Source of the DNA: Podarcis tiliguerta
Taxonomy: Eukaryota
Assembly: GCA_965153285.1 (NCBI GenBank)
Contig: OZ229110.1
Length of the DNA stretch: 64,000 bases
Reading direction: 5' to 3' (one strand)
Below the pieces are notes generated by a model. It ran no database searches, was not told where the DNA came from, and was given only the letters and a program-made list of their open reading frames with translations. Positions 50,206 through 61,903 of the stretch are shown in pieces (position 1 is the first letter of the stretch; every line of letters begins with the position of its first letter). The position numbers and the translations under genes are program-made.

Positions 50206-51537
50206 CTAAAGTCACAGAGCAAACTGGAAGCTGTGGATTGACAGTCCTGCGCACAGTACCCCTTCGGGGCAGCAGATTTTCAATTTAAAATGAGGCCCTA
50301 CCTTGCCCCGCCCCACAAACGAAACCCCAAAATAAATAGTAGCACTTCCTTCCCACAGCATATTGCTATACTGTCACTGCATATGGATGCCACCCAGGTT
50401 TCAACCATGTGTGGCACTGCCCTCAAGTAAGCATTAACAAGCATGCCTTCCCACGGTGCAAGTGTAGAGGTGAGTGGCAATGATCCCATCAGCTAAGCAG
50501 CAATCCCTGCCTCTTTCTCACTCCAAAGTGGGGAGGAAGGCTAGGGCTGCTTGGCTGCTGCATCACCACAGCACTGCGAGTGCCTTCACCATGCAGGGCC
50601 ACAAACTGGAAAGTCCTTCTCCACGTTCCTGCCCTTTGCTTGCCAGACCTTCCTGCTTTGGAGGGGCTTGCTGGGAGGTTGGGGTGGGCAGGTAAATGCG
50701 ACAGTGCCCTAAGCACCTTCACCTAGCGGCATCCAAGGCTGCTAGCTGGGAAAAGGAAAGGCTGGTGGGAAATTGCAACTAAAATGGGGAATGGGCTGCC
50801 AAAAATTGCAAACCCCAACAAAGGTCTAGTCAGGGAATCTAACTTTATACTGAAGACTGTTGAACTCTATAACCAGAACTGAAATTCTGTTGTCAGACTA
50901 AAGTTCGGAAATCTGGCAAATCTGCCTAAATTTCACTAAAGAATCTCAATCCTTTTCCAGTACAGAATCTAGGTCTTTCAACAAGAGGTGTGGGGGCCGA
51001 ACCTGCATGAAGGGGGCCCCAGAAGGCCAGAATTTTGTACAAGAAAAACAAGTATAACCTGTGGGTCCTCAATCTATATCTGAATTTTAAGTCTCCATCA
51101 CAATGATCAAAGTAGAGGTCTGGAAGGAGTTTCCTTTCAAGTTTAGAATGTATGAATTTCATTATTTCACACCTTTCCTCTAAGGAGCACGAGGTGGCAC
51201 CTGTAGTTCCCACCTCAGCTCCCACCTCTCCCGACAAAAACCCTGTGAGGCAAGTTAAGTCTGAGAATATGTGACTGACCCAAGAAAAACCCAGTGAAAG
51301 CTTCTGAGAGTCAGGAATATTAACCTAGGTCTCCCTAGTCCTTCAGTATACAAATAAGGCAACTGTTCCCATAGTGGAAAAGGGTAGAACTAAAGAAGTA
51401 GGAGCAGGTAGGAAAATTAGGACTACAGACCTGCCGTTCAGAGCACTATGAGACAGCAGGAGACAAAGGGGACAAGCAAACAAGCAGACACGTTCCAGAG
51501 CTTCCCTAGGAGTCCCCATGCAGGGAAGCAAACTTGC

Positions 51538-52350
51538 CTGTGTGGAGCAGCATGTGGCGGATGAGGACCCTCTTGTGCGCCGTGGCGAAGTTGCACTCGG
51601 TGCACTTGTGGATCTTCTCACTGGCGTGCATCTTGCCCACGTGGTCGTGGAATTCCACAGAGTTGAATGTGGCAAAGGGGCAGAAGCTGCACTGGAGCTG
51701 CTCGCTCCCCGGGTGGCCTTGCTTCTTATGCTTGCGGAAGACGTGCTTGTTGGAGCAGATGAAGTCGCACTGCTGGCAGTGGAAGGCGTAGTGCGTCTTG
51801 CGATGCGCTTCCATGACCTCCGCGGTGGGGAAGAGCAGGGAGCAGGCGTAGTACTTGCACTCCACCGCTTTGATGTAGTGCGCCTCCCTGACGTGCCGCA
51901 GGAAGTCCTTGCGGTCCTCGGTGCAGTAGCTGCAGTCGGCCTGGAAGCAGCTCAGCTGCTTGGGCTCTGCCTTGTGGGTCTTCAGGTGCTCCTTGAGGGC
52001 ATGGCTGAGCTTGAACGTCTCCTTGCACACAGGACAGGAGTAGACGTCCGAGTAGAAGTTGGAGATGTCCTCGTGCATGCTGGCCATGTGCCTGTTGAGG
52101 GCATTCTTCTCTACAGAGCTGTAGTGGCAGAGTGGGCAGCGGTGGGTTTTCTCCCCGTTCTCACGCATCATGTGGATCTTCAGCTTGCTCTTGCTGGTGA
52201 AGAACTTCTGGCAGTTTGGGCACTGCAGCCTGGGGTCAGGGAAGTGGAGGTGTAGGTGTTCCACCAGGTGAGTCCGCTTCTTGAAGCAACGCTTGCACTC
52301 CGGACACATGTGGGTCTTGAACAGGTATTTGGAGTCCTCAACCGCACCTT
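51538..52350 (-). CDS. ZNF142: ZNF142 coding exon 4
   Basis: LFKTHMCPECKRCFKKRTHLVEHLHLHFPDP...HKRVLIRHMLLHT; donor G|GCAAGT (GC-AG). Confidence 0.95.
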
Positions 52351-52900
52351 CTGCAATGAGAGGAGCATGCCTTAAGTGCAGAGGAATGAATAAAAGGGCC
52401 TTTGGTCATGCTCCAGAAGTCTATTTTGCCTGCCTCTCATCTCTAGCAATAACAGTTGCTCCGAACTGCAATCTCTTCCCATGTTCTCTCTACCCTACAA
52501 TAAAAAATTATTGCAATGGCCTATAACAATAGAGGGGTTTTTTTACAGACATGAAATTTATCTAAAAAACCCAGCCTATGCTTAAGAGCTTCTAGTAGCT
52601 CAGGAGATTTAGGGATAATTGGGAATCAGTTAGCACCCACTGGAGAATAGCCATTGCATTCAATGCTCCACCCCACTCCAAAGAAAAGAAAGCATCACAA
52701 ATAGATTTCCAAGCAGAAGTGGGAAGTAATGTGTGAAGTAGTTTGCCTCTGAACTCAGGAAAGAAAACAACCAGTTCAGGCAGGGAGACCCTCTTCAAAT
52801 ATAGGGCATGCTGTAATATGCCAGTGCATTTGCTGTTTGGCAAAGCTTTTCTAAGAAATGCCAGAAACTGTACTGCTCGCAAATTAATGCAAGTCTCTAC

Positions 52901-53149
52901 CTTTGATCAGCTGAGCCTTTGTTCTTTTAGAAGATGCTTTCTTCTCAAAGCTCTCCTTCTCCACCACCACCTCCTCCTCCTCCTCCTCCTCCTGAAATTC
53001 ATCCCCTGTGTCTTCCTTGGGTCCTGAGTCCTCAGGAGGCACATGACTGCTACCAACATGTGCCCCCAGGCCAGGCTCCATTTCAGTCACATCCCAACCA
53101 CTCTGAACTTCCAAGCAATTCTCAGCCTTGTTTAGTGGTTCTTCCCTTC
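52901..53149 (-). CDS. ZNF142: ZNF142 coding exon 3 (acidic, poly-Glu)
   Basis: Acceptor tttcttttccaAG-like pyrimidine tract, open frame GREEPLN...QEEEEEEEVVVEKE...AQLIK, donor G|GTAGAG; phase 1-1. Confidence 0.8.
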
Positions 53150-53698
53150 CTTGGAAAGAAAATGAAATATAAACCAGGGACTCCATTTTTTTATAGAGAA
53201 AAGGCTTGAGATGAGCAAATGATAACATGCAAATAAATGCATATTGAGAACCAGGCAAAGGGAAGTAGAACAGGAACTAGAAAAGAGGGTTAAAATTAAG
53301 ACACATAAAAAGTGGAAATAAGACCTTCATGGTTTGAGGATTAAACTTTGGGCATTTTCAAAGGGAGAGCTGCTCTCGGCTACTGCATTCCCCCAACTTT
53401 CCCACCATTTCAAATCCCTTTCCCTGCCATAGTTCACCATTCAGAATCTACCACCATCTTTTCATGCTATAATTTTCCACATCCACAAACAATATCATTC
53501 CACAAAGCCGACTGACTAATGGAGCTTCACCCCTTTACCTCTGCCTATGGCATTGTCTCTAAGTGAAGTGGAAGCTGTCACAAAAGTGAGTTAAGAGACC
53601 CCTAGGATCCAGTGGGGTTTTTAAGAAGTAGGTGGCTGGCATCACTCCCAAGCATTCCCCCTTCTGCCCACCCTAGTCTCTTCCTCAGCCCCAGGTAC

Positions 53699-54412
53699 CT
53701 GATGTTAGAAGCAGATGGTGGGTGAGCCGCTTCCCCACTATGGCAGTGAAGCTGTGCTCAGTGCTCTCAGCAACTGCTCCCGTCTCCAGCGCTGCCTCCG
53801 CATCCTGCTGTGTGGCCTCCTGCAGATGGCTGTGTCGGTGCTGCCCAAACTGCTTGGTGTTGCCGCTGATGAAGTCACAGTGCCTACAGTGAAACGGGAA
53901 GTGGCTTCTGCGGTGAAGGTCCATGTCCTCTCGGCTTCGGAATAAGAGCGAGCAGCCACGGTAGGTGCAGGTGACTGGGCACACCTGGTGGACGTGCCGC
54001 AGGTGCCCCCGGAGTTGCTTGCGATCCTCCGAGCTGAAATGACAGCCTTCTTCAAAGCACACTTGGGGACCCGTAGGTTTTTGGTGATCCCTGAAATGCT
54101 CCTTCAGCTTAGTGGGCAAGGCAAACTCCACCTGACAAACAGGGCACAAGAGGGGATCGGTACAGAATTCAGGGTCCTGCCTGCTTCTATCCAGCAAGCC
54201 CTGCGCTTGTGCCTCATAGACTGTCGACTGCTCTCCAGAGACAGCCAGGCTCTGGCTTGTAAGGCCCAGTGGTAGCTCTTGGAGCTGAGGGATGCTTGCA
54301 AGTTGTCCTCTGGGAAGCTCAATGCACTGATGCTGGGAAAGCAGGCCAGGGTCAGAGAAGCTCTGCCCACACCGTTCGCAGAAATAGAGCTCCACAACTT
54401 TAACCAAGACCT
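53699..54412 (-). CDS. ZNF142: ZNF142 coding exon 2 (zinc fingers; symmetric, skippable)
   Basis: EVLVKVVELYFCERCGQSFSDPGLLSQHQC...; acceptor ccttacAG, donor CAG|GTACCT; 714 bp, phase 1-1. The donor position is the less certain boundary. Confidence 0.8.
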
Positions 54413-55917
54413 CTGTAAGGAGATATTTAAAAAACAACAACAGCTGAAAATAAGGTAGAAAAAAATCCACACACCCCTACCTCATGCCTCAGTTCAAATC
54501 TCGTCCAAGGCAAAAATTACTAAAAACTGCGTCAGCTTACAGGCAAGGATTCTCCAAAGCTCTGCCACAGCCATCAGCATATAGGTGGAGAGTCACCTAT
54601 AAGAACTGTTATCAGAACACAGGATTCAATTCAAAAGGGTTGGAGCGGGGGGGTGGGGGGGACTCTCCATGCTTCAGGTGTTTAGAACCACACCCAAACA
54701 TTTTCATAGGAAAAGATCACCAGTTTGATTTGAAGGAGGGCAATGGTAGGACCACTGCTTAATTTTCAAACGTGTCCCTTACTATCCTGTCTCAGTGTGT
54801 ACTACCTATATGAATCTTGCCTCTCAAATTCCTTTGCAAGATCACTGATGCCAATCACTCCCTTGTAAGCTTCCAACTCCTTAACACCTAAGCCCCCTTC
54901 CCACATGCCACCACCTAAACATCCCTGTAAGTGGTGTCTTCTCCTTCATTAAGCATCCTACCCTACTTTGCCGTAAATATGGTACCCTGCAAATCCTATG
55001 CTCTTGATGTCCTCCAAGGCACCGCACTGCACTCTCCCATCTCCCATATCCTATACCCCTCATGCTCCTCAGCACTGTTAAAAGAGACGGGGGCAGAGGA
55101 TGATGTTGAGGCACACAGTATCAGCCCCTTTGCCCTAATAAAGACATTAGCTTCTTAGTCCTAAAGATAGTTCAGTCATTTGTACTGAGTATGGCAGAGG
55201 CACTGCAGGCAAAACTGTAGACCTCAAAGAACATAGTAATGCCTCTGGTCCTTATATTCCACGGCATTAGTCCAATATTTATCACCATGACATTGAAGGG
55301 TAGCTCCCATAAGCAGCCTTATGAAGGTGCAGCAAACAGATCCACAGTAAGCTTCATGCCTATTTGCAAGCTCAGCAATATCCCATCAGATACAGTGAAA
55401 ATAAATCCCTGCCTCCTCCTATTAGGCAAATACACCTTGCACCTTTTCCATCTCAGCTGCTCACAGTACCTCAAGCAAATCTAGCCACAGTCATAGCTTA
55501 TCTTGGTGACTTGCTGGACAATTGATAATAACAAGGACCCAGGAACCCCGATCAGAACACAATCTCCATTCTCTCCAATTCCTAGAGCAGATAAAAGAAT
55601 GTGGCAGATATCCCTTCTCCCAGATAACAGATGTACTAACTTTACCCTCATTTCTCTTGCATTTATTCACTGCTGACTACTTAAAATGTATCAAAGCAAC
55701 TTACAATTACAGAATACAGTATCAGGTGCAGAAAAGCCAGACTACTTTTTCACAGGTCTCTTGGCCTTTTGTACCAGACCTAAGATCCTAAGGCTTCTTT
55801 CTGATGCTCCTTTAGAATACAAATGCTACATGACAGAAACCACTCACACTAAAAGATGACAGTGACAAAGTGGTTCATTCTTACATGGTTACGAAGACCC
55901 ATCAGGGCACAACATAC

Positions 55918-56179
55918 CTGTAGTGCTGCCAGGATTGCTGAGGGACATGCTGCTAGTCACGGCTTCTACAAATATTTCAACACCAGCAGTTTCTGTTCCT
56001 ACCACAGAAGCCTCTGTTAAAAGCAAGCTTTGTCCCACCACTAAGTTCTCACTGGAGATGCTATGGTTGTTCTCATTTCCAGCATCTGTTGAGCCGGGTA
56101 GCAAGAGCTCCTGGCATAGTGCGTTCATCTTGTCTCCTCCCACAGGTTCCGTTGTAACTGCTCCCGTGCTCATTGTCAT
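55918..56179 (-). CDS. ZNF142: ZNF142 coding exon 1 (exon starts at 56228)
   Basis: MTMSTG...MNALCQELLL...VEIFVEAV... resembles the ZNF142 N-terminus (MDGLCPELLL...MEIIVETV); donor CAG|GTATGT; in-frame TGA immediately upstream of the ATG. Confidence 0.85.
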
Positions 56180-57494
56180 TCACTCCTCAGTGTAGCCTTG
56201 CACCATGACATAAAGTGGGGTACAGCTCCTGTTAAAAACATAGCAAGAAAATGGTACCATTGCTTTCCTGAAGAGAAGCAACCAAGGATTAAGTTTTTCA
56301 AAATAAATGAGTATGGGGTGGTTTTGTAATGCCCAATATTAACTGTTAGCTTTGTTAGTATTAGGCAGCTATTGGAGTTGGCAACTATGTCTGCTTAAGC
56401 AGAAAGCTCAACAGGACAGTATTTGGTTCAGGATAGGAAAATTCAGGACATTCACAGATTTACTTTCCTGGGGAAGAGAAGCACAGAGGAAAGATGAAAG
56501 TTTATGCAGCTATGTCAGTGGCTTTTACAATCAAGTCTGGAATAGACTAAAACCAACTGTATGGAGGCTTAAGGCTGCTGAAGAATTTAGAGCTGAAAAC
56601 ACTTTGATAGTCTTTATCACTGCATCTAGGCTGTCAAAACATAATGGGGCTTGCTCTACCATTAGATAAGATAGCAATTTATTGGGTTATTTGCAGCCTA
56701 CCCTCACAGCCTGAAGAGGTTTTGCCAGTCTACTTCCACTGGCCAGCACAGTCTACTGTCTTCTATTAGCTCAGTTAAAAGCATCTCCATTACTGCAAAA
56801 CATATTACATCCCAGAACCAATATGCAGAATGTTCTGCTTTAGCAACACAGCAGAGCCCAACACTACAATCCTGCAGACTTCTTCCTGTACAAGATTATA
56901 TATATAATACCAAGCTGTACTTTTTCACTCTAGCTGGTAAAGGTATGTTAATTCTTCCTGTGTAAAGCCCAGTACTTTAATCAATAGGAACACTCTCTCC
57001 AGATTTCTTTCTTCAAATCTTGGAGTCTAAACACCTTGGTAATAGTTTCACATACAGCTGAACTCCACTGCATTCATTCCAGATAAACCTGGCTCAGAGA
57101 TGGGCAGTTGTAACTGGATGAAAAGCTAATTTCCAGGATTAGACTCACACTGGGACATACATTTTGGGGGTTTGAATTTGCTTCCTGTAACAACAGCACA
57201 CAGAACTGCCTACTGGCACACAGTAAAACTCACAAATATGTTACCTAATCATTTTGGCATGCATCTGCAGATAATCATGCCCAAGACTGTTTAGAGGAAA
57301 GATTCCAGACCAAATTAACATAAGTAACAGCGTGCTAGATATGCAAGTGCCTTGTATGCTTGATGATATAGTTATTTCTATGATTAACAAAACTTCCAGA
57401 AAAAATAAAGGGCACTGCCCATTTAGAATTAAAAGTCCTGTCAGCTTCTGCCAAACTTTCACCCACTGTTGTTCCCCTGTAAACGGTATTTAGA

Positions 57495-57810
57495 AACATG
57501 ATATCCCTGAACCTAGAGGCAGAATATAGCCATCACACCTAGAAGCCACTAATAGACTTATTGTCTGTGAATTTGTCTAGCTCCCTTTTTAAAGTAACAC
57601 GAGCTACTGGCTACCACTACATATTGTGGCAGTGAGTTCCATACCTTAATTACACACTGTATAAAGAAGTCCTTCCTTCTATATACCCTGAATCTCCTAT
57701 CCTTCAGCTCCGTTAGATGACCCCAGGCTCCAATATTAGGAGAGAAGGAGAAAAACATGGTTCTGTTTGCCTTCTCTACACCATGCATCGTTTTATACAC
57801 ATCTTACCAT
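57495..57810 (-). mobile_element. CR1 LINE 3' end fragment
   Basis: Minus ORF YKTMHGVEK...FRVYRRKDFFIQCVIKVWNSLPQYVV matches the CR1 ORF2 C-terminal motif. Confidence 0.85.
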
Positions 57811-57943
57811 ATCCCCTCTCCTGCATGTTTTTGGATAGCAGCTGGCAAGTGATCCCAACTAGCTGGAGTAAAGCAGCCCTGCAGGAATCTAGCCACCTGA
57901 CTGGGTGGTGAAGCAGGCTTTAAAACAATGAGGCTGAACTTAC

Positions 57944-58031
57944 ACACCGGGTTTCCTCTCCTCCTCCTGGTGGGCTTCTTCTGCAGCCGTTCAGGCTCCC
58001 AGTGCCAGGCGTGGGCCATCTTTACTGCTCT
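57944..58031 (-). other. ZNF142: Predicted ZNF142 5' UTR exon (88 bp) carrying a uORF
   Basis: Long pyrimidine tract plus cttcAG acceptor and T|GTAAGT donor, lying between the promoter and the first coding exon. Confidence 0.6.
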
Positions 58032-58399
58032 CTGAAGTGCAAGGGAAGAGAAAGAGAGAGAAAAATACGGATATTTTAAGGGAAAGGATGAACGAGGATG
58101 CCTGAGGCAGAATGGCCAGTAACCAACTCCAGGGCTCAGCTTAGCCCTGTGGGGGCCCCTTCCTTTTCAGGCCATGACCCGCCCGCCCCAACCCCATTAC
58201 AAAGCACACATACAACAGCATTAGGGGGCCAATGAGTCTCTGGGAGCACCTTTTGCCTTCCTTGCACCCCTGTGAGACATAGCTGTCAACGTTTTTCTTT
58301 TTTTAAGGGAAATTCCCTTATTCCGAATAGGATTCCTCGCAAGAAAAGGGAAAAGTTGACAGCTATGCCGTGAGAGTCTTGGAGGGCCCACCCAAGTCA

Positions 58400-59300
58400 A
58401 CTCACCACCGGGCACCTCCTTCCCTTTCCCTCTTTGGTTTGCTTGTCCACCGCCTTCCTAGGCCAACGAGGAGCCCCACAGCCCCATCCCACTTAAAACA
58501 AAACAAAAGCTCTTCCTTTCACTTCTCCCCCCCCCCAGGAAGAACGAGACTCATCCCCCCTCCCCGCTTTGTGCCGCCCAGAGCCCGCTCCCACCCCGCA
58601 ACTCTATGGTAACTGCTGACTGACGTTCCAGGACCAGAGGCGGCACCATAAAGGGAAGCTTTCGAGAGCGACTTCCAGGGATTGCCGTAACCGCTTTAAA
58701 GGGGTTAATCTTCACCTCGCAAGTCCAGAACCCAGGCAGGCAGGCAAATGGTTGGGTTGGCGTGACCGCGAAGGAAAAAATATAGACACGTAACGCTCCC
58801 TCAGGGACCATAGAGTGCCGGAAAACGCGTCCGCTCTGCTGTCACATATAAGCACAGGAAATGCCGACTTCGGTCCAACTTCCGCCTTCTGAAGCTGGGG
58901 GTTATCGTAGAGATAGAAAAAGGTGAGAGTTGCACACTACCCTTATCGTAACTTCTGATTTTAGGATCGAATTCTTGTCCCTACTGCAAGATAGAGGATT
59001 CACCCCGAAGATATCAAAACGACTGTCATTATGCATTTGTAGAGAATCATCATCAAAGGATATTTATGCTAATATACATTTATAAGTTTATACATTTACA
59101 GTATAAGTTTACTGTAACTCTTTTCATATCTCTATATCTAGGGGGACGATAGAGTAGAGAAAAGAATTGTTTCCGGTCAAAGAACCATAGAGAAAAGCAA
59201 GGCAAGAGAGGCGCTACCCGGAGGTGAGGTCTTTAATGCGTGGAGAGCGTGTTCTACTCTGCGGGTGTTGTTCCTTTATGCCGGGCGTGTGGAAGGGGGC
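58400..59300. promoter_or_regulatory. CpG-rich bidirectional promoter ZNF142 (-) / BCS1L (+)
   Basis: Local CpG enrichment, several ETS/GABP-type CCGGAA/TTCCG cores and TGACGT. Candidate first-exon donors: G|GTGAGT on minus (exon ends at 58406), and AAG|GTGAGA (58922) and GAG|GTGAGG (59223) on plus. Confidence 0.8.
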
Positions 59301-60233
59301 ACGAAGGAAAGGACCTTCTTGATGCTATGGGGGCGATTAAGTGCTGCAAGAGAAAAGGGCGGCGGGTTCAGATGATTCTCCTTTCGAGGCAGGAAATTGA
59401 GCCTGAGACCCTGCATCATTTCAGCCGGGAGTCAGTTCCATTGGACTCAATGGGACTTAACCCCATAGAGAGGTTTCCTCCTCAGCATCGCACCCCTTTT
59501 AAAAGTGTGGAGAAAAGTATTATAAATTTTCCTATCTCTAGTCGTGGTAGGCAGATGTTTCCAGAGCAGCAACCAACATTTGGGCTGTGGCTGACTTTCC
59601 AAAAAACACACACACACAAGTAATGAAAATTTTCAGAGAGCATCAGTTCAGTTTCTACTTTCCACAAATGCTATTGGAAATAAACAGCAAGCTCCACAGA
59701 GCAGACAAAATGCTAACTCAAACAGAAGAAATTCAAAGTGAATATGAGCTGCAAAACATGATTGATTTACTATTCGGCCCCCATGTATTTGGCGGAGTAA
59801 CTAGTTGCCGAGTTATGTTTCTCTAGCTTTCTGGGCCACACAACAAGCTACTTTTGAGTGACCTTTCAAAATTTTATTGTGGTGGCATGGGGAGGGGGTC
59901 TGCCCAATAAATCAAAAACTTCATTGGGCATGCCTAAGCATTTGAGCTAGAAAAGGGCAGTCCAAATTGAGCAACTTCCCTATGATAAAGAGCTACAATG
60001 GTGGGGGTGGAGGTGGGGACGTTAGTTCAGGGAAAAAACAGGTAAAGGGGAACATGTTATATAAAATTATGCATGATGTGGAGAAAGCAGATAGAATTCC
60101 TGGTTAAGAAGACTCCTTCCCCGTTCAGTTCAATTCAAAGTATAAAGTGTTTATTGTGTTTAAGATAAGCATAAACACCCTAGCTACATAAACTTTTAAG
60201 AGATGCTGGTACATCATGAACTATTCTACTATA

Positions 60234-60474
60234 CAGTCAAATCTTGGTTCCCAAACACCTCCGTTACCATATGCTTTGGCTTCCAAATGCTGAAAACCTG
60301 AAAGTAAATGTTCCGGTTTTCGAACATTTTTTGGAACCCAAACGTCTGACACAGCTTCCACCTGAGTGCAAGAAGCTCTTGCAACTAATCGGAAGCCACA
60401 CCTCGGTTATCGAACATTTCGGAAGTTGAACGGTCTTCCAGAATGGATTATGTTCGACAACCAAGGTTTGATTA
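60234..60474. mobile_element. Tc1/mariner-type MITE
   Basis: TA-cagtcaaatcttggtt ... aaccaaggtttgatt; interior similar to 35257-35464. Confidence 0.75.
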
Positions 60475-61112
60475 ATTAGAAGTAAAACTTTACCATACTA
60501 GCTCCGTCTCCGCCACTTCCCACACTGTGGAATGAAAACATACACCATCATGTAACATAAAACAACCCCATGACTGCAAGCATGGAGCAAGAATCCTAAC
60601 GAGCTCAGCATGCTATAGGTTACAGCATGTAACCTTCAGCTTCTCTGCTGGTACCTTGCACCGAGCAAAACCTCTTCACAGTGAATACCTCATACTCCTG
60701 CCAATGCTGCTGCAGCCTTGGCTTTATACCCATCTCTGCACATACACACATTAGAGAAAGAGAAGATGAATGAGTGACGCTCCAGGCATTTAGCCTTCGA
60801 CTATTTTAAGCCACCCAGTGAAGCCGGTGTGCTAACTTAACAGCATGGGGAATGGGCTGCTGAAGACACGGCCTAAGCACAGAGTGCAATTTCACCAATT
60901 TTTCCAGATTACACCGACAAAAGCAAGCTAGTTTTCTTTACACAAGCCAAAATGGCGGCAGCCTTGCTTTGCAATCTTTCAAACTACTATAGAGAGGGAA
61001 GCTGAATTTGTGAGTATGTATGCATAATTACTTGTATTCTGGTTTTCCAGTGGGGAGGGATCTGCCAGGGTTTTTATTTTGCTAAAATAAGGTAGCATGG
61101 AAGAGGCTAAAG

Positions 61113-61246
61113 CAGGTGTGGTGAGACTTTAGCTCTCCAGATGTTGCTGAACTCCAACTCCCATCAGCCCCGGCAAGCACAGCCAATGGCCAGGGAAGGA
61201 GTTGTAGTTCAGCAACATCTGGAGGGTCAAAGTTCCTCACACCCAG
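61113..61246. mobile_element. Palindromic ~130-bp MITE (ACTACAACTCCCA family; about 10 copies in window)
   Basis: Arms ctccagatgttgctgaactccaactcc / ggagttgtagttcagcaacatctggag are near-perfect inverted repeats. Confidence 0.8.
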
Positions 61247-61436
61247 GTTAAAGAGAACTTGTCAATAAAGCTCGTCTTCTGGAAGAAGTAATTAGGTGAC
61301 CAATATACTTGCCACCCATATCTTCATAATTAATTTGTTGTTTTTTTCTCTTCCTCTCCATGTGTTGTTCTGGTGTTTAGAAGAAATGCTGCTAGGAATG
61401 GCTCTTTAGCACTGGAGTTATTTCCCCACCCACAAC

Positions 61437-61756
61437 ATGCCCTTTTCTGACTTTGTCTCGGCCCTGAAGGACAATCCATACTTCGGAGCAGGCTTTGGCC
61501 TGGTGGGTGTAGGTACAGCCTTGGCCCTGGCCCGTAAAGGGGCACAGCTTGGCTTGGTGGCTTTCAGGCGGCATTGTATGATCACCCTAGAGGTGCCAAG
61601 CAAGGACAAGAGTTACCACTGGCTGCTGAGCTGGATCTCTCACCATGCAAAGCACACCCAGCACCTGAGCGTGGAGACCTCATACCTGCAGCATGAGAGT
61701 GGCCGTATCAGTACCAAGTTTGACTTTATCCCCAGCCCTGGGAACCATTTCATTTG
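61437..61756 (+). CDS. BCS1L: BCS1L coding exon 1 (mitochondrial AAA chaperone, N-terminal TM/targeting region)
   Basis: [35 protein letters not shown]...[34 protein letters not shown]; TG|GTAAGT. Confidence 0.97.
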
Positions 61757-61903
61757 GTAAGTGAGGCCATGGAACGTCTTTGGGATGGGCAGAAGTATTG
61801 CAAGGCTAATAAGGAAGCGGTGGTCATGAATATTGCACGCTTGCTCATCCAGTTGTCTCCCCACCACCAGTTCCTGTTCACATGTTCCCTGCTCTGCTTC
61901 CAG

